A DNA stretch of 64,000 nucleotides from a bacterium. GTDB taxonomy: Bacteria > Hinthialibacterota > Hinthialibacteria > Hinthialibacterales > Hinthialibacteraceae. Positions 30,122 through 40,198 of the stretch are shown here, piece after piece (within the stretch, counting starts at the first letter, position 1; every line of letters starts with the position of its first letter). The position numbers and the translations under genes are program-made. The notes beneath the pieces were generated by a model. That model saw nothing but the letters and a program-made list of their open reading frames with translations, ran no database searches and was not told the origin of the DNA. The stretch is from the NCBI GenBank assembly GCA_041946805.1, contig JBHGBC010000006.1, positions 1 to 64,000 of the forward strand, read 5' to 3'.

Positions 30122-30653
30122 GGATGTATCTCCTTTTCCCGATCGGAATATCCATGAAAGTCAGATGCATCGACTGGATCGCACGCCTCCATACTACCTG
30201 AAATCCGGCCTCGAATGCGAGGGAAGAGGAAGAGTCTTCGGTTTGGAATTGTGGAGAAGGGAGGGCGAGGCTCCCACCAAGCCGGACCAAGGCTAGACGC
30301 CCATGGTTCATCGCGGCCCCCCTGGATCTTCGCCCTCCCGGCTTCCCCGTGCCCAGGGGGGAAGGGCAGGGTGAGGGTGAGGGTAAAACTCCTGCCTCGC
30401 CTAAACCTCCCGATTTCGCATATTCACCGCTCACCTGCCTTTGTAGAGGCATGATGCAACGTACCCCTCGGTTCATGACGATAACGATGCCGATGAAGAC
30501 TGGGTGCAGAGCGGCAACACCCACAAAAATCCTGGTCATCTTGTCCCTCCTGACCCTCCTGATTCAGACTATATTATCCACATACATTTCCACGTAATCG
30601 ATGATTCATTCCAATTCTTCCTCTCCCTCCGGTGTATTTTTTCCAATCCCCTA

Positions 30654-30700
30654 TTGACGACTCTGGCATTCCGAGTTACGATGCAAGCAAGTACTTACAT
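30654..30700 (+). promoter_or_regulatory. Promoter and probable TetR operator
   Basis: TTGACG-17 nt-TACGAT overlapping the near-palindrome ATGCAAG-N6-CTTACAT. Confidence 0.65.
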
Positions 30701-30718
30701 TAATCCTGAGGAACCGCC

Positions 30719-31316
30719 ATGGAACCACTCTCGACGCACGACCGTATCCTGGAAGCCGCCCTCAAGGTCTTCAGCGGGCACGGCTACACCGGGGCCACCA
30801 CCAAGACCATCGCCCGCGAGGCCGGGGTCAATGAGGTGACCTTGTTCCGCCATTTCGGCAATAAGCAGAAACTCTTCGCGGAGATGATCAGCCGGTATTC
30901 CGCCCTTCCCCATATCGAGGCCGCCCGCGCCGACAGCCGGTCGCCCTTCGAAAAGCGCGTCCGCGATCTCGCCAGCCGGATCAGGCGGCTGCTGGAAGAA
31001 CGCCGGGATCTGATCGCCATCCTTCTCTCGGAGGGATCCCGCCATCCCCGGCAGGCGAAATCCATCCTGGAAGGCGGTCCCGCCCGGATTCTGGAACGTT
31101 TGACACTGTTTTTTGAGGAAGCCCAAAAAGCGGGCGAAATCCGCGGCCTCGATCCCCAGTGCACGGCCCGCGCCTTCATGGGCATGTTTTTCTTCTATGT
31201 GATTTTCCAAAAAATCATGCCGGGAGAGATACTGTTTCCCATTGATCCGGATCAGGTGGAAGAAACTTTTATCGAAATTCTGTTGCGGGGATTGTTGCCA
31301 TCGGAAAAAAAAATAA
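30719..31316 (+). CDS. TetR/AcrR-family regulator (natural stop shifted out of frame by an A9 run)
   Basis: RILEAALKVFS..GATTKTIAREAGVNEVTLFRHFGNK; homology ends at LLRGLL; TAA 31314-31316 would be in frame with one A fewer. Confidence 0.85.
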
Positions 31317-31489
31317 GGTGCATCCGGCCAGATGATTCGGGCGGACACCAAGGTCCGCCCCTACAAAAAATCCCTCACCCTAGCCCTCTCCCAAAGGGAG
31401 AGGGGATTGGGGGGTTGATCTCCCCGGCCAGCCCGATGGAAGAGCGGCCGGACGTGCTTGATAAAAAGTACGCACTTACCGGATGTGCC
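31317..31489. mobile_element. MITE-like modular element inside the operon
   Basis: Ends GGTGCATCCGG ... GTACGCACTTACCGGATGTGCC; carries GGGCGGAC..GTCCGCCC and CCCTCTCCC..GGGAGAGGG palindromes. Confidence 0.7.
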
Positions 31490-31508
31490 AAAAGTAAGGA
31501 CTCGAATC

Positions 31509-32681
31509 ATGAAACGAATTATCCCTCTCCTTTTGCTTCTCGGAGTATCCGGCGGCGCCTGGTGGTTTTATGGCAACCATTCCGCCAAAGCCAACTACTC
31601 GGGCGCCATCGAGGCCGAAGACGCCACGCTGGGATCGAAGGTGGGCGGCCGGGTGGCCGAAGTGCTGGTCAAGGAAGGAGACAGGGTTCATCCCGGCGAG
31701 GTGCTCGTGCGGCTGGACCGCGAGCCCCTCGAGGCCCGGCTGCGCGAAGCCCAGGCGGACCTGGAACGCGCGCGGCAGAAACGGCTCGAACTGGAAAACG
31801 GCTCCCGCCCGCAAGAAATCCAGCGCGCTCAGGCCCTGCTGGACGAAGCCCGCCACCGCTGGGAACTGCTCAAAAACGGCCCCCGCGAGGAAGACATCCG
31901 CGCCGCCCGCGCCAACCTGGAATCCGTCCGGGCAGAACTCGAGCTGGCCACGATCACGGAAAAGCGGCAAAGCGAATTGTACAAAAAGAACAACACCACC
32001 GCCGACGCCCTCGACCGCGCCCGCAAGGAGCTTTCCGTGGCCCAGGGCCGGATGCGCGCCGCCCAGGCCCAGCTCGACCAGTTGCTGGCCGGTTTCCGGG
32101 AGGAGGAAATCCAATCCGCGCGCGCCCAGGTGGATGCCGCTTCCGCCGCCTTGGCGCTGGCTCTCGAAGGCCCCCGGGTGGAGCAAATCGAACAAGCGCG
32201 GGCCGATGTGAAACGCGCCGAAGCGGCCGTGGAGCGGATTCAGGTGGATCTCAACGAAACCGCCATCACCGCCCCCTCCGAGGGCGTGATTGAAACCGGC
32301 CGCCTGCGCCCCGGCGATCTGCTCGCGCCCAACCAGGCGGCGTTGACCATGATCTTGTACGAACCCCTGTGGGTGCGGATCTTCGTCCCCGAAAGCCGCC
32401 TGGGCCTGGTTCCCCTCGGCCGGACGCTAGACCTGTCCACCGCCTCGTTTCCCGGAGAGGTTTTCAAGGGGACGGTCGTTCAGGTCAACCGCAAGGCGGA
32501 ATTCACCCCCCGCAACGTGCAGACTCCGGAAACCCGCGACTACCTGGTCTTCGGCGTGAAAATCGAAATCCAAGATCCGGAACGGCGGCTGCGGCCGGGC
32601 ATGGTGGCGGATGTCCTCATTCCCGATCAACCGGCCGATCACCCATCCGATCAACCGGTGGAAGGAGACGCGGCGCAATGA
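31509..32681 (+). CDS. HlyD-family membrane fusion protein (YbhG-like)
   Basis: SGAIEA, SKVGGRV..VKEGD, repeated G.R.EEI coiled coil, AEFTPRNVQT, LRPGM. Confidence 0.9.
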   Translation: MKRIIPLLLLLGVSGGAWWFYGNHSAKANYSGAIEAEDATLGSKVGGRVAEVLVKEGDRVHPGEVLVRLDREPLEARLREAQADLERARQKRLELENGSRPQEIQRAQALLDEARHRWELLKNGPREEDIRAARANLESVRAELELATITEKRQSELYKKNNTTADALDRARKELSVAQGRMRAAQAQLDQLLAGFREEEIQSARAQVDAASAALALALEGPRVEQIEQARADVKRAEAAVERIQVDLNETAITAPSEGVIETGRLRPGDLLAPNQAALTMILYEPLWVRIFVPESRLGLVPLGRTLDLSTASFPGEVFKGTVVQVNRKAEFTPRNVQTPETRDYLVFGVKIEIQDPERRLRPGMVADVLIPDQPADHPSDQPVEGDAAQ

Positions 32682-33628
32682 CACATCCAATCGTGGTGGA
32701 TAATTTGACCAAGCGTTTCGGCCATTTCACCGCCGTGGATCATGTCAGCTTTGAGGTCTCCAAGGGCGAGATCTTCGGCTTTCTCGGCCCCAACGGCTCC
32801 GGCAAATCCACAGTCATCCGCATACTTTGCGGACTTCTGGCGCCGACCGAAGGAGACGCGTCGCTCCTGGGAATGAGCGTCCGCCAGAGCGCCGCCGACA
32901 TCAAGCGCCGCATCGGCTATATGTCGCAGCATTTCAGCTTGTACCGGGATTTGACCGTCCGTGAGAACATGCGCTTCTTCGGCCGCTTGTACGGACTGTC
33001 CCGCGGGAAAATCGACCAGCGCCAGAAAGAACTCGGCGACTACCTGGGCCTCGGCCCTTACCTGGACCGGCCGGCCGGCCTGCTCTCCGGCGGATGGAAA
33101 CAGCGCTTGGCCCTCGCCTCCGCCCTGATGCACGAGCCGGAGATCGTCTTTCTCGACGAACCCACCGCCGGCATCGATCCGGTCGCCCGCCGCGAACTCT
33201 GGAACCTGCTCTTCGACCTCTCCGCCCGGGGTATCACCCTGTTCGTCACCACCCATTACATGGACGAGGCCGAACGCTGCACCGTCGTGGCCTATATCTA
33301 CTTGTCCAAACTGATTGCCCATGGCGAACCGTCTGACCTGAAGAAATTGCCCGAGGTCACTCCGGCCGGCTGCCGCCGCATCGAAATCCGCGCCGAGCCG
33401 GTGACCCGCGTGCTCGACCGCTTTCGCACCCATCCCCTGGTCCGTTCCGCCACCATCTTTGGGGAGGCGGCCCACCTGGCCGTGGAAGAACGCTTCACCG
33501 ACGACGCGGTCCGGCAATTCGCGAGGGATCAAGGTTTCCGCGAGATTCATGTGCGGAACATTTCGCCGACGCTCGAGGATGTCTTTGTCGCCATGACCCT
33601 GGCGGAGGAGAAAAAACGATTATCATGA
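32678..33628 (+). CDS. ABC transporter ATP-binding protein (YbhF-like)
   Basis: GPNGSGKST, LSGGWKQR, FLDEPTAGIDP, TTHYMDEA; ATGA overlap with the upstream gene. Confidence 0.95.
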   Translation: MTHPIVVDNLTKRFGHFTAVDHVSFEVSKGEIFGFLGPNGSGKSTVIRILCGLLAPTEGDASLLGMSVRQSAADIKRRIGYMSQHFSLYRDLTVRENMRFFGRLYGLSRGKIDQRQKELGDYLGLGPYLDRPAGLLSGGWKQRLALASALMHEPEIVFLDEPTAGIDPVARRELWNLLFDLSARGITLFVTTHYMDEAERCTVVAYIYLSKLIAHGEPSDLKKLPEVTPAGCRRIEIRAEPVTRVLDRFRTHPLVRSATIFGEAAHLAVEERFTDDAVRQFARDQGFREIHVRNISPTLEDVFVAMTLAEEKKRLS

Positions 33629-34746
33629 AACTCACCGGATGCATCGCCATTCTGCAAAAAGAACTGCTCCACATGGCCCGCGATCCGGCCACGCTGATTT
33701 TTTCCATGCTGCCGCCCATCGTGCAGGTCATCGCCTTCGGATTTGCCATCGACACCGATGTGCGCGATCTCGCCACGGTGATCCTTGACCAGGACGGCAA
33801 GGAACAAAGCCGGAATTTCATCCAGGCGCTCGTCAATTCCGACGTGTACCAGGTCAGCGGCTATGTGTTCTCGCATGATGAGTTGATCCGGACCCTAGTC
33901 GAAGGCCGCGCGGTGGTGGGGGTGGAGATCCCTCCGGACTTCACCGACCGCTACAAGGCGGGGAAAAGCGCGTCCGCCGCTGTTTACTTGGACGGCAGCA
34001 ACAACATGATAGCGCTGCAGGCGATGTCCACCGCCAACGGCCTCGGCTTTCAGTCGATGATCGAGCAGCTTGGCCGATTGACCGGCCAGGCCCATCCCGT
34101 TCCGCTCATCGATGTGCGCCCGCGGGTGTTGTTCAATCCCGATCTGCTCTCCGCCAACTTTTTCGTCCCCGGGATCATCGGCGTGGCCATTCAGCTCTCG
34201 CTCACCATGCTGGTATCCTTCGCCATCGTGCGCGAGCGTGAAATCGGCACGCTGGAGCAACTCATGGTCAGCCCCGCCACCCGTTTCGCGCTGCTGCTGG
34301 GTAAACTGATTCCCTACGTGGGCTTGGCCTATATTCAAATCGGTCTTTTGATCCTGGCCATGCGCCTGTTCTTTGGCATCCAAGTGCATGGCAGTGTGGT
34401 GCTGCTGCTGGCGCTGGCCGGCATCTTCGCCCTCGCCGTAATCGGTATCGGCCTGATCATCAGCACCACCGCCAAAAACCAGGTGCAAGCCACTCAATTG
34501 GCCATCGCCACCCTGCTGCCGTCCATCTTCCTCTCCGGCTTCATCTATCCGCGGGACACCATGCCCCTCTTTTTCTACACGATCAGTTTCTTTCTGCCAC
34601 TCACTTATTTTCTCGACATCCTGCGGGGCATCGTGCTGCGGGGGGCGGAGTTCATGAACCTGGTCAGCGCGGTGGTTCCCCTCTCCTGCATGGCCCTGGT
34701 GCTGTTCTCCTTATCCGTGTTCAAATTCCGCAAACGTCTCGATTAG
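33625..34746 (+). CDS. ABC-2 type permease (YbhS/YbhR-like)
   Basis: KELLHMARD, FNPDL.S..FFVPG, VRERE.GTLEQLMVSP, LSGFIYP. Confidence 0.92.
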   Translation: MKLTGCIAILQKELLHMARDPATLIFSMLPPIVQVIAFGFAIDTDVRDLATVILDQDGKEQSRNFIQALVNSDVYQVSGYVFSHDELIRTLVEGRAVVGVEIPPDFTDRYKAGKSASAAVYLDGSNNMIALQAMSTANGLGFQSMIEQLGRLTGQAHPVPLIDVRPRVLFNPDLLSANFFVPGIIGVAIQLSLTMLVSFAIVREREIGTLEQLMVSPATRFALLLGKLIPYVGLAYIQIGLLILAMRLFFGIQVHGSVVLLLALAGIFALAVIGIGLIISTTAKNQVQATQLAIATLLPSIFLSGFIYPRDTMPLFFYTISFFLPLTYFLDILRGIVLRGAEFMNLVSAVVPLSCMALVLFSLSVFKFRKRLD

Positions 34747-35554
34747 GCCATAGCCCTGGCCGCCCCGCCCAAACGCGATCCAGCCTTCAGCGGTTAGGCT
34801 TGCATCCCAGATTGCAGGGAAAGGCCGTCTCCTCCCCCATCATCGCAAGAGGAAGGGAGATCCCTGCGGCGGTTTGTCTCTGCCTTCCCATTTCGCCGGA
34901 AATCCCTGCCGGAATCCGGGTAAACCGAAGCGGCCGGAGCCTTTGTTTCCCCCGGGGAGTGACAAAACCGGATTCCCGGCTATACTCCCTCTCCCAACCA
35001 GGCAGCAGCGGCCAGCGGCGCCCGCGGTTTCTGGACGACTCTATCCCACCTCATCCATCGGCAGGGAATGGAAAGCCGGCGCAGGAAGAGCGGAGAGAAC
35101 GCTTCCCGGGAAATACTTTTTTCCACCACGAACAATCTGTTTGCATGTTTTTTATATATATACAAATTTTAATTAATATAATTATAGATAAAACAGAATT
35201 CATTGCCTTCGGTTTTATAGCAAACAATTCGTGACATTTTCCTTGATCGCCGGCAAAAATGATGGTAAAGTTATTTCAGTTGATTCGCTTTTTTTTACAA
35301 AAAACCTGGGAAAGTGAGAAAGCGAATTGACTAAATGTAAAAGTGTTTTAACGCTCCATGTCCCATGGAGTGTGTTTCCTTGAAATTCGGTGTTGAGGAT
35401 GGCTGCTTCGAAGAGGGGGATGTCGTCGTTTTGGATTCCCGGGGATTGCGATCTTCGGTGACAAAACTGTCGAGTGCGATGCGCAAACCATTCTCACGGT
35501 GCCGGGGGAAGACCAGCAGGTCTTCCGCCGGACCGCCGAAAACCGAGGAAACAC

Positions 35555-36247
35555 ATGATCGATTCAAAAGATTACTACCCCACCCCTGCCAAAGCCCGCA
35601 TTGTGATCGTGGATGACGAACCGACATTACGGTTTGGATTGACACAAATTTTATGCCTCGAAAAAAACCTCGCCGTCTGCGGGGAAGCCTCGAATGTGGA
35701 TCAGGCCCTGCAGCTCATCGAAAACGCCCGCCCGGATGTGGCCATTGTCGACATTTCGCTCGAAAAACGTTGCGGCGTGGATATCATCCGGACCATCCGG
35801 CAACGATTCGACTCGGTCAAGCTGCTCGTTTGGTCGCTTCACGACGAAGAATTGTACGCCGAACGGGTTTTGCACGCCGGCGCCATGGGCTATATCAGCA
35901 AACGCGAGGAACCCGCGAAAATCGTTCAAGCGATTTTCCAAATCTTGACCGGCAAAAAATACTTGAGCGAGCGCATGGTCGGCCTGATGCTGAAACGGAC
36001 CTTCTATAACGACCGCCTCCCCGTACGCTCTCCCATCGAAGTCCTGACCGACCGGGAATTGGAAATCCTTGAAATGATCGGCAAGGGATTCAGCTCGGAG
36101 ACTATCGCCCATTGCGTGCAACGCAGCGTCAAAACCATCGAGGCCCACCGGTCCAACATCAAGAAGAAACTCAGCCTGCCCAAAAACTTGGATTTGCTCC
36201 GGTTCGCCATGCAATGGTTCCATGAAATCGAATCCATTCGCAATTGA
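35555..36247 (+). CDS. NarL/LuxR-family response regulator
   Basis: IVDDE, PDVAIVDISL, GYISK, LTDRELEIL, SVKTIEAHRSNIKKKL; GAGG RBS. Confidence 0.92.
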   Translation: MIDSKDYYPTPAKARIVIVDDEPTLRFGLTQILCLEKNLAVCGEASNVDQALQLIENARPDVAIVDISLEKRCGVDIIRTIRQRFDSVKLLVWSLHDEELYAERVLHAGAMGYISKREEPAKIVQAIFQILTGKKYLSERMVGLMLKRTFYNDRLPVRSPIEVLTDRELEILEMIGKGFSSETIAHCVQRSVKTIEAHRSNIKKKLSLPKNLDLLRFAMQWFHEIESIRN

Positions 36248-36306
36248 TCCGGACACCCTTCCCTCGCTCCCGTGGATACCTTTCCACCTCTCTCTCCGGG
36301 ACGCTT

Positions 36307-36999
36307 CTAATGCGGATCCTGAATTTGGTTCAAGATGGCCAGCGGCGTCTTGAACCGGATCTTGAAATCCACCCAGAGTGAATGTCCCTCGGCGTAATGC
36401 AGATCCAGCCGCAGCATCTCGGTGATCGACAACCGGTTCTTGCCACAGACCTGCCACAGCCCGGTCATGCCCGGGAGTATATCCAAACGGCTCATGTGCC
36501 ATTGCGCGTACTCCCGCACCTCGTACGGCAGGGGCGGCCGGGGACCGACCAGGGACATATCCCCCCGCTGCCCATTGAACAGCTGGGGCAATTCATCCAG
36601 GCAGGTATTCCGCAAAATCGAGCCGAAGGGGATGATCCGTGGATCTTTCTCCAGCTTGTTCATGGGCTTTTCCCCGTCGGATTTCGATTCGGAACGTTTG
36701 ATCCGGTCGACGACATACTTTTCATGGAGGGATGTGTCCGCATCGATTTTCATCGTGCGGAATTTCCAAAACAGGAACGGTTTCCCTCCCTGGCCAATGC
36801 GCTCCTGCTTGAAAAACACCGGGCCGGGAGAAACGATTTTCATGAATACATAAATCAACAGGAAAAGGGGAGACAGCAGAGTCAAACAGATGATGGCGCC
36901 CACGACATCCATGATCCGCTTGGGAATTGCCGGGGGCTTCTGGATCAGGATATTCAGCGGCATGACTTCGATCCGCGCCATGTTCGTTCTCCGTTTCAC
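36307..36999 (-). CDS. Priming phosphoglycosyl transferase (bacterial sugar transferase)
   Basis: KRIMD, SPGPVFFKQERIG, KFRTM, DPRI, LDELPQL, GDMSLVGPRP, PGMTGLWQV; start GTG 36999 or ATG 36981. Confidence 0.9.
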   Translation of the reverse strand: MKRRTNMARIEVMPLNILIQKPPAIPKRIMDVVGAIICLTLLSPLFLLIYVFMKIVSPGPVFFKQERIGQGGKPFLFWKFRTMKIDADTSLHEKYVVDRIKRSESKSDGEKPMNKLEKDPRIIPFGSILRNTCLDELPQLFNGQRGDMSLVGPRPPLPYEVREYAQWHMSRLDILPGMTGLWQVCGKNRLSITEMLRLDLHYAEGHSLWVDFKIRFKTPLAILNQIQDPH

Positions 37000-37550
37000 G
37001 CGACTTCCTGGGTGGAGGGAGAAGCGGGGGAGCCGGATGGCGCCGTTTCTGGCTGGGATCCGCCGGGAGCCGCGGCTGGAGCTACGGTTTCCGTTTTTTT
37101 CTTGTCCATGGGATAGATGAACACGTCCGCGGCAAGTTCCGGGATTTGATAAGGATCGAACTTGAGCGCCTCCAGCGCTTCCCGGAATTGGGTTTCTACC
37201 GCATGGATTACCACCGACGCTTTTTCAAAATCGGTATGGGGAAGAATCATGCCCAGCTTCTTGTTTTCCTTGCCATGCAATCCCTTGATGTCACTTTTCC
37301 GGGTGCGGTCGCGCATCACCGACGCCAGAATCTCCAGCAGCCGGTTGTAGTTTTCCTCACCGGATTCCGGCGGGTGGAACGAAAAAGATACCATCGTAAA
37401 CGGGGAATTGAAACGATCCGTACGCGACCTTTCTTGCAGTATACGATGGTTGAAATCACTCCAACTCAGAAATCCGGGAATGGAGAGGGCGGTCGTTTTT
37501 TTCCCTTTCCCTGGCACCCAAAAAGTAATTATCTTGAGTAGTTTTTTCAT
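36996..37550 (-). CDS. Stand-alone degenerate GGDEF-like protein with RxxD
   Basis: ERSRTDRFNSPFTMVSF ... RTRKSDIKG ... MILPHTD.EKA pattern; no GG(D/E)EF; similar to the N-terminus of 58919-60127. Confidence 0.65.
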   Translation of the reverse strand: MKKLLKIITFWVPGKGKKTTALSIPGFLSWSDFNHRILQERSRTDRFNSPFTMVSFSFHPPESGEENYNRLLEILASVMRDRTRKSDIKGLHGKENKKLGMILPHTDFEKASVVIHAVETQFREALEALKFDPYQIPELAADVFIYPMDKKKTETVAPAAAPGGSQPETAPSGSPASPSTQEVA

Positions 37551-38586
37551 GGAATCGGGTCCCCTTCCCTTCTATCATCCACACCCTAGGATTCGCGGCC
37601 GGCCGGGCATCATCCCCAAGTGCAGGATTCGCCCCCCCCAAATCCAATTCCACGCAGGTACAATCATTCCACACCGGTATCTTCCGGATCTTGCGGCCGG
37701 CGGAGATCACAAGAATCCGCCGCATAGAACGATAAAAACAGAATCTTTGTTTCCCGGGTGGAGTCCGGGAATTCCCTCGACCCGCAAAGTTGATTCATCG
37801 AAGGTTGAAAGAGTACAGAACGAAGATATCAAGATGGAGATGGCAGGATGATGCTCCGGGCTTCAAGCCGTGCCGTATCGTTTTCCACGGATCTCTTTTC
37901 TTTCCTCAAATCAGCATCATTCAATCCACTGATTGTGTTTGATATCGAGGGGAAGACCCATTGGGATTCAAGTTAGTTTCTGTTGTAGGAAAACGCCATT
38001 TAAATACACCCCAGCGGGGGTAATCCCGGTTACGAATGCGTGTCTTTTCCGCCTCCTTCTTTTTTTAGAACGTTTTTTTCCGGCAATATATCACGAACGG
38101 ATGTTTCTTTTCCCGGTCATCGCTGGGTGAAATCCCATTGATTCCGCTTTTAGGATCAAGTTGTAAATTTTATCAAACCGGTAAATAAAACACTCCTCGC
38201 GCTCTTGTTTCCCCTATGTGCCTGTTAGGTTTGGTATTAGTACACGATGGAGGCCGACTCTCTGCATTTTATATTATCATCCCGCCTGGATAAAATCAAA
38301 AAAATATACGAAAAAAACCGCCTGCAAGGACGGTTGTCCATGATCAGGCCGTATCCCTGCCCCGGTTCGACGGAGGTAACGGCGGATTCCGCCGCGTGCA
38401 AACCACTTCCGGGCGGGCGGCAGGGGACCCATCGCATTTTGTGATAATCTCATCCCCCACCGCGGATTTCCAACCAACGCTCAACGGATAGAGAAAAAGG
38501 GGAGTTTCTGGTAGGATGACCATCCAAATTCTTCCCCAGACCAATCCTGCCCGTACCACCCGGCGGGTAGAGAAACAGGCGCGGTG

Positions 38587-39969
38587 ATGAAACCAACAAC
38601 CACCCTTGTTTTGCTGACATGCCTAGGGAGTTCGATTGTTGTCCTCCCGGCAATCTCGGAGGAAGTCCGGACGGCAAAATATCAGCCCGCCTGGGAATCC
38701 CTGGACCAGCGCCCCATCCCCGCGTGGTTTGATAACGCCAAATTCGGCATCTTCGTCGTATGGGGCATTTATTCCGTCCCGGCATGGGCGCCCAAGGGAA
38801 ATTACGCCGAATGGTACGGGAACTGGATGAACGACGAAAATCACCTGGTGCATTGGTTTCATGAGAAAACCTACGGGAAGGATTTCAAATATCCGGATTT
38901 CGTGCCGATGTTCACGGCGGAGATGTTCGATCCGGAGCAATGGGCCGATCTGTTCGCGCAATCGGGAGCCCAATACGTGGTTTTGACTGCCAATTATCAC
39001 GATGGATTTTGCCTGTGGCCCAGCTCCTACAGTTGGAACTGGAACAGCGTGGACCTTAACCCCCACCGCGACCTGGTGGGCGAATTGACCGCGGCGGTGC
39101 GTTCCCGGGGCCTGACGATGGGCTGCTACTACTCGCTCTACGAATGGTATAACCCTCTGTATCGTGACAACTTGCCGGATTACGTAGAGAAACACTTCCA
39201 TCCCCAGTTCAAGGAATTGGTGGAGCGGTACCAGCCCTGGATCATCTTCGCGGACGGCGAATGGGAGCAGACCAGCGAAGCCTGGCGCAGCCCGAAGCTG
39301 CTGGCCTGGCTGTTCAACGAATCGGCCGTACGCGACACCGTGGTGGTCAATGACCGCTGGGGGAAGGACACGCGCGGCGTCCATGGCGGGTATTACACCT
39401 CGGAATACGGCTACAAAGGCCGGGATGCCCAGCCCGGGAAGGCCGTTCAGCGCCACAAGTGGGAGGAAAACCAGGGGATCGGGGCGTCCTACGGCTTCAA
39501 CCGGCTGGAAGGCCCCCAGGACTACAAGACCTCCACGCAACTGATTCACATGCTGGCCGATATCGTCAGCCAGGGGGGCAATCTGCTTCTGGATGTCGGC
39601 CCCACGGCGGACGGCCGGATTCCCGTCATCATGCAGGAGCGGCTGTTGGCTATCGGCGAATGGCTGCGGGTGAACGGCGAGGCGATTTATGGAACCCGCC
39701 CTTGGACCCACACCGGCGAGGGAGACTCCATCCGCTACACCACCAAGAAGGGCCGGGTGTACGCCATCTCCTTGCGATGGCCCGCGGGCGAGCTGCTTCT
39801 CGAAAAGCCTCAACCTTCCGAGCAGACCTCCGTGCGCCTCCTGGGATGGGATCAACCGCTGTCCTGGAAACAGGAAGGCGGCCGGATGCGGATTGCCGTC
39901 CCGCCGCTGCGGGTGAGTGATTTTCCTACCCGGCATGCGTATGTGTTTGAGTTATCGAATTTGCGGTAA
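38587..39969 (+). CDS. Alpha-L-fucosidase GH29
   Basis: WFDNAKFGIF..WG.YSVP, FDPEQWA, HDGFCLW, YYSLYEW, VNDRWG, GGNLLLDVGP, WLRVNGEAIYGTRPW. Confidence 0.93.
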   Translation: MKPTTTLVLLTCLGSSIVVLPAISEEVRTAKYQPAWESLDQRPIPAWFDNAKFGIFVVWGIYSVPAWAPKGNYAEWYGNWMNDENHLVHWFHEKTYGKDFKYPDFVPMFTAEMFDPEQWADLFAQSGAQYVVLTANYHDGFCLWPSSYSWNWNSVDLNPHRDLVGELTAAVRSRGLTMGCYYSLYEWYNPLYRDNLPDYVEKHFHPQFKELVERYQPWIIFADGEWEQTSEAWRSPKLLAWLFNESAVRDTVVVNDRWGKDTRGVHGGYYTSEYGYKGRDAQPGKAVQRHKWEENQGIGASYGFNRLEGPQDYKTSTQLIHMLADIVSQGGNLLLDVGPTADGRIPVIMQERLLAIGEWLRVNGEAIYGTRPWTHTGEGDSIRYTTKKGRVYAISLRWPAGELLLEKPQPSEQTSVRLLGWDQPLSWKQEGGRMRIAVPPLRVSDFPTRHAYVFELSNLR

Positions 39970-40198
39970 AGGAATCGGTTGCATTGTTAAAAATGGGAGG
40001 GAAAACCGCCGGGTGAGCTGAATTCATCCGGGAATCATAGCGTAATCCATCGGATCGGCGGGAGCCTCGCCCTCCCCGGCCATGCCGGTCTGTGCGTTTT
40101 TCAGGATTGGTTTTTCAGGAAGGATCGAGTACTCTGGCAAAGGATGAAAATCGAATTGGGATGAGGGACAGGATTCCATTTTACGATCCGGGACCAAC

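Noticed and set aside
28685..30157. Long antisense ORFs (also 1274-2632, 22909-24357, 47740-49146, 55209-57083)
   Set aside because: Shadow frames of well-supported genes, expected in GC-rich DNA
30719..32293. 524-aa TetR fusion protein
   Set aside because: The extension translates repeat DNA and an off-frame of the hlyD-like gene; explained by the A9 run
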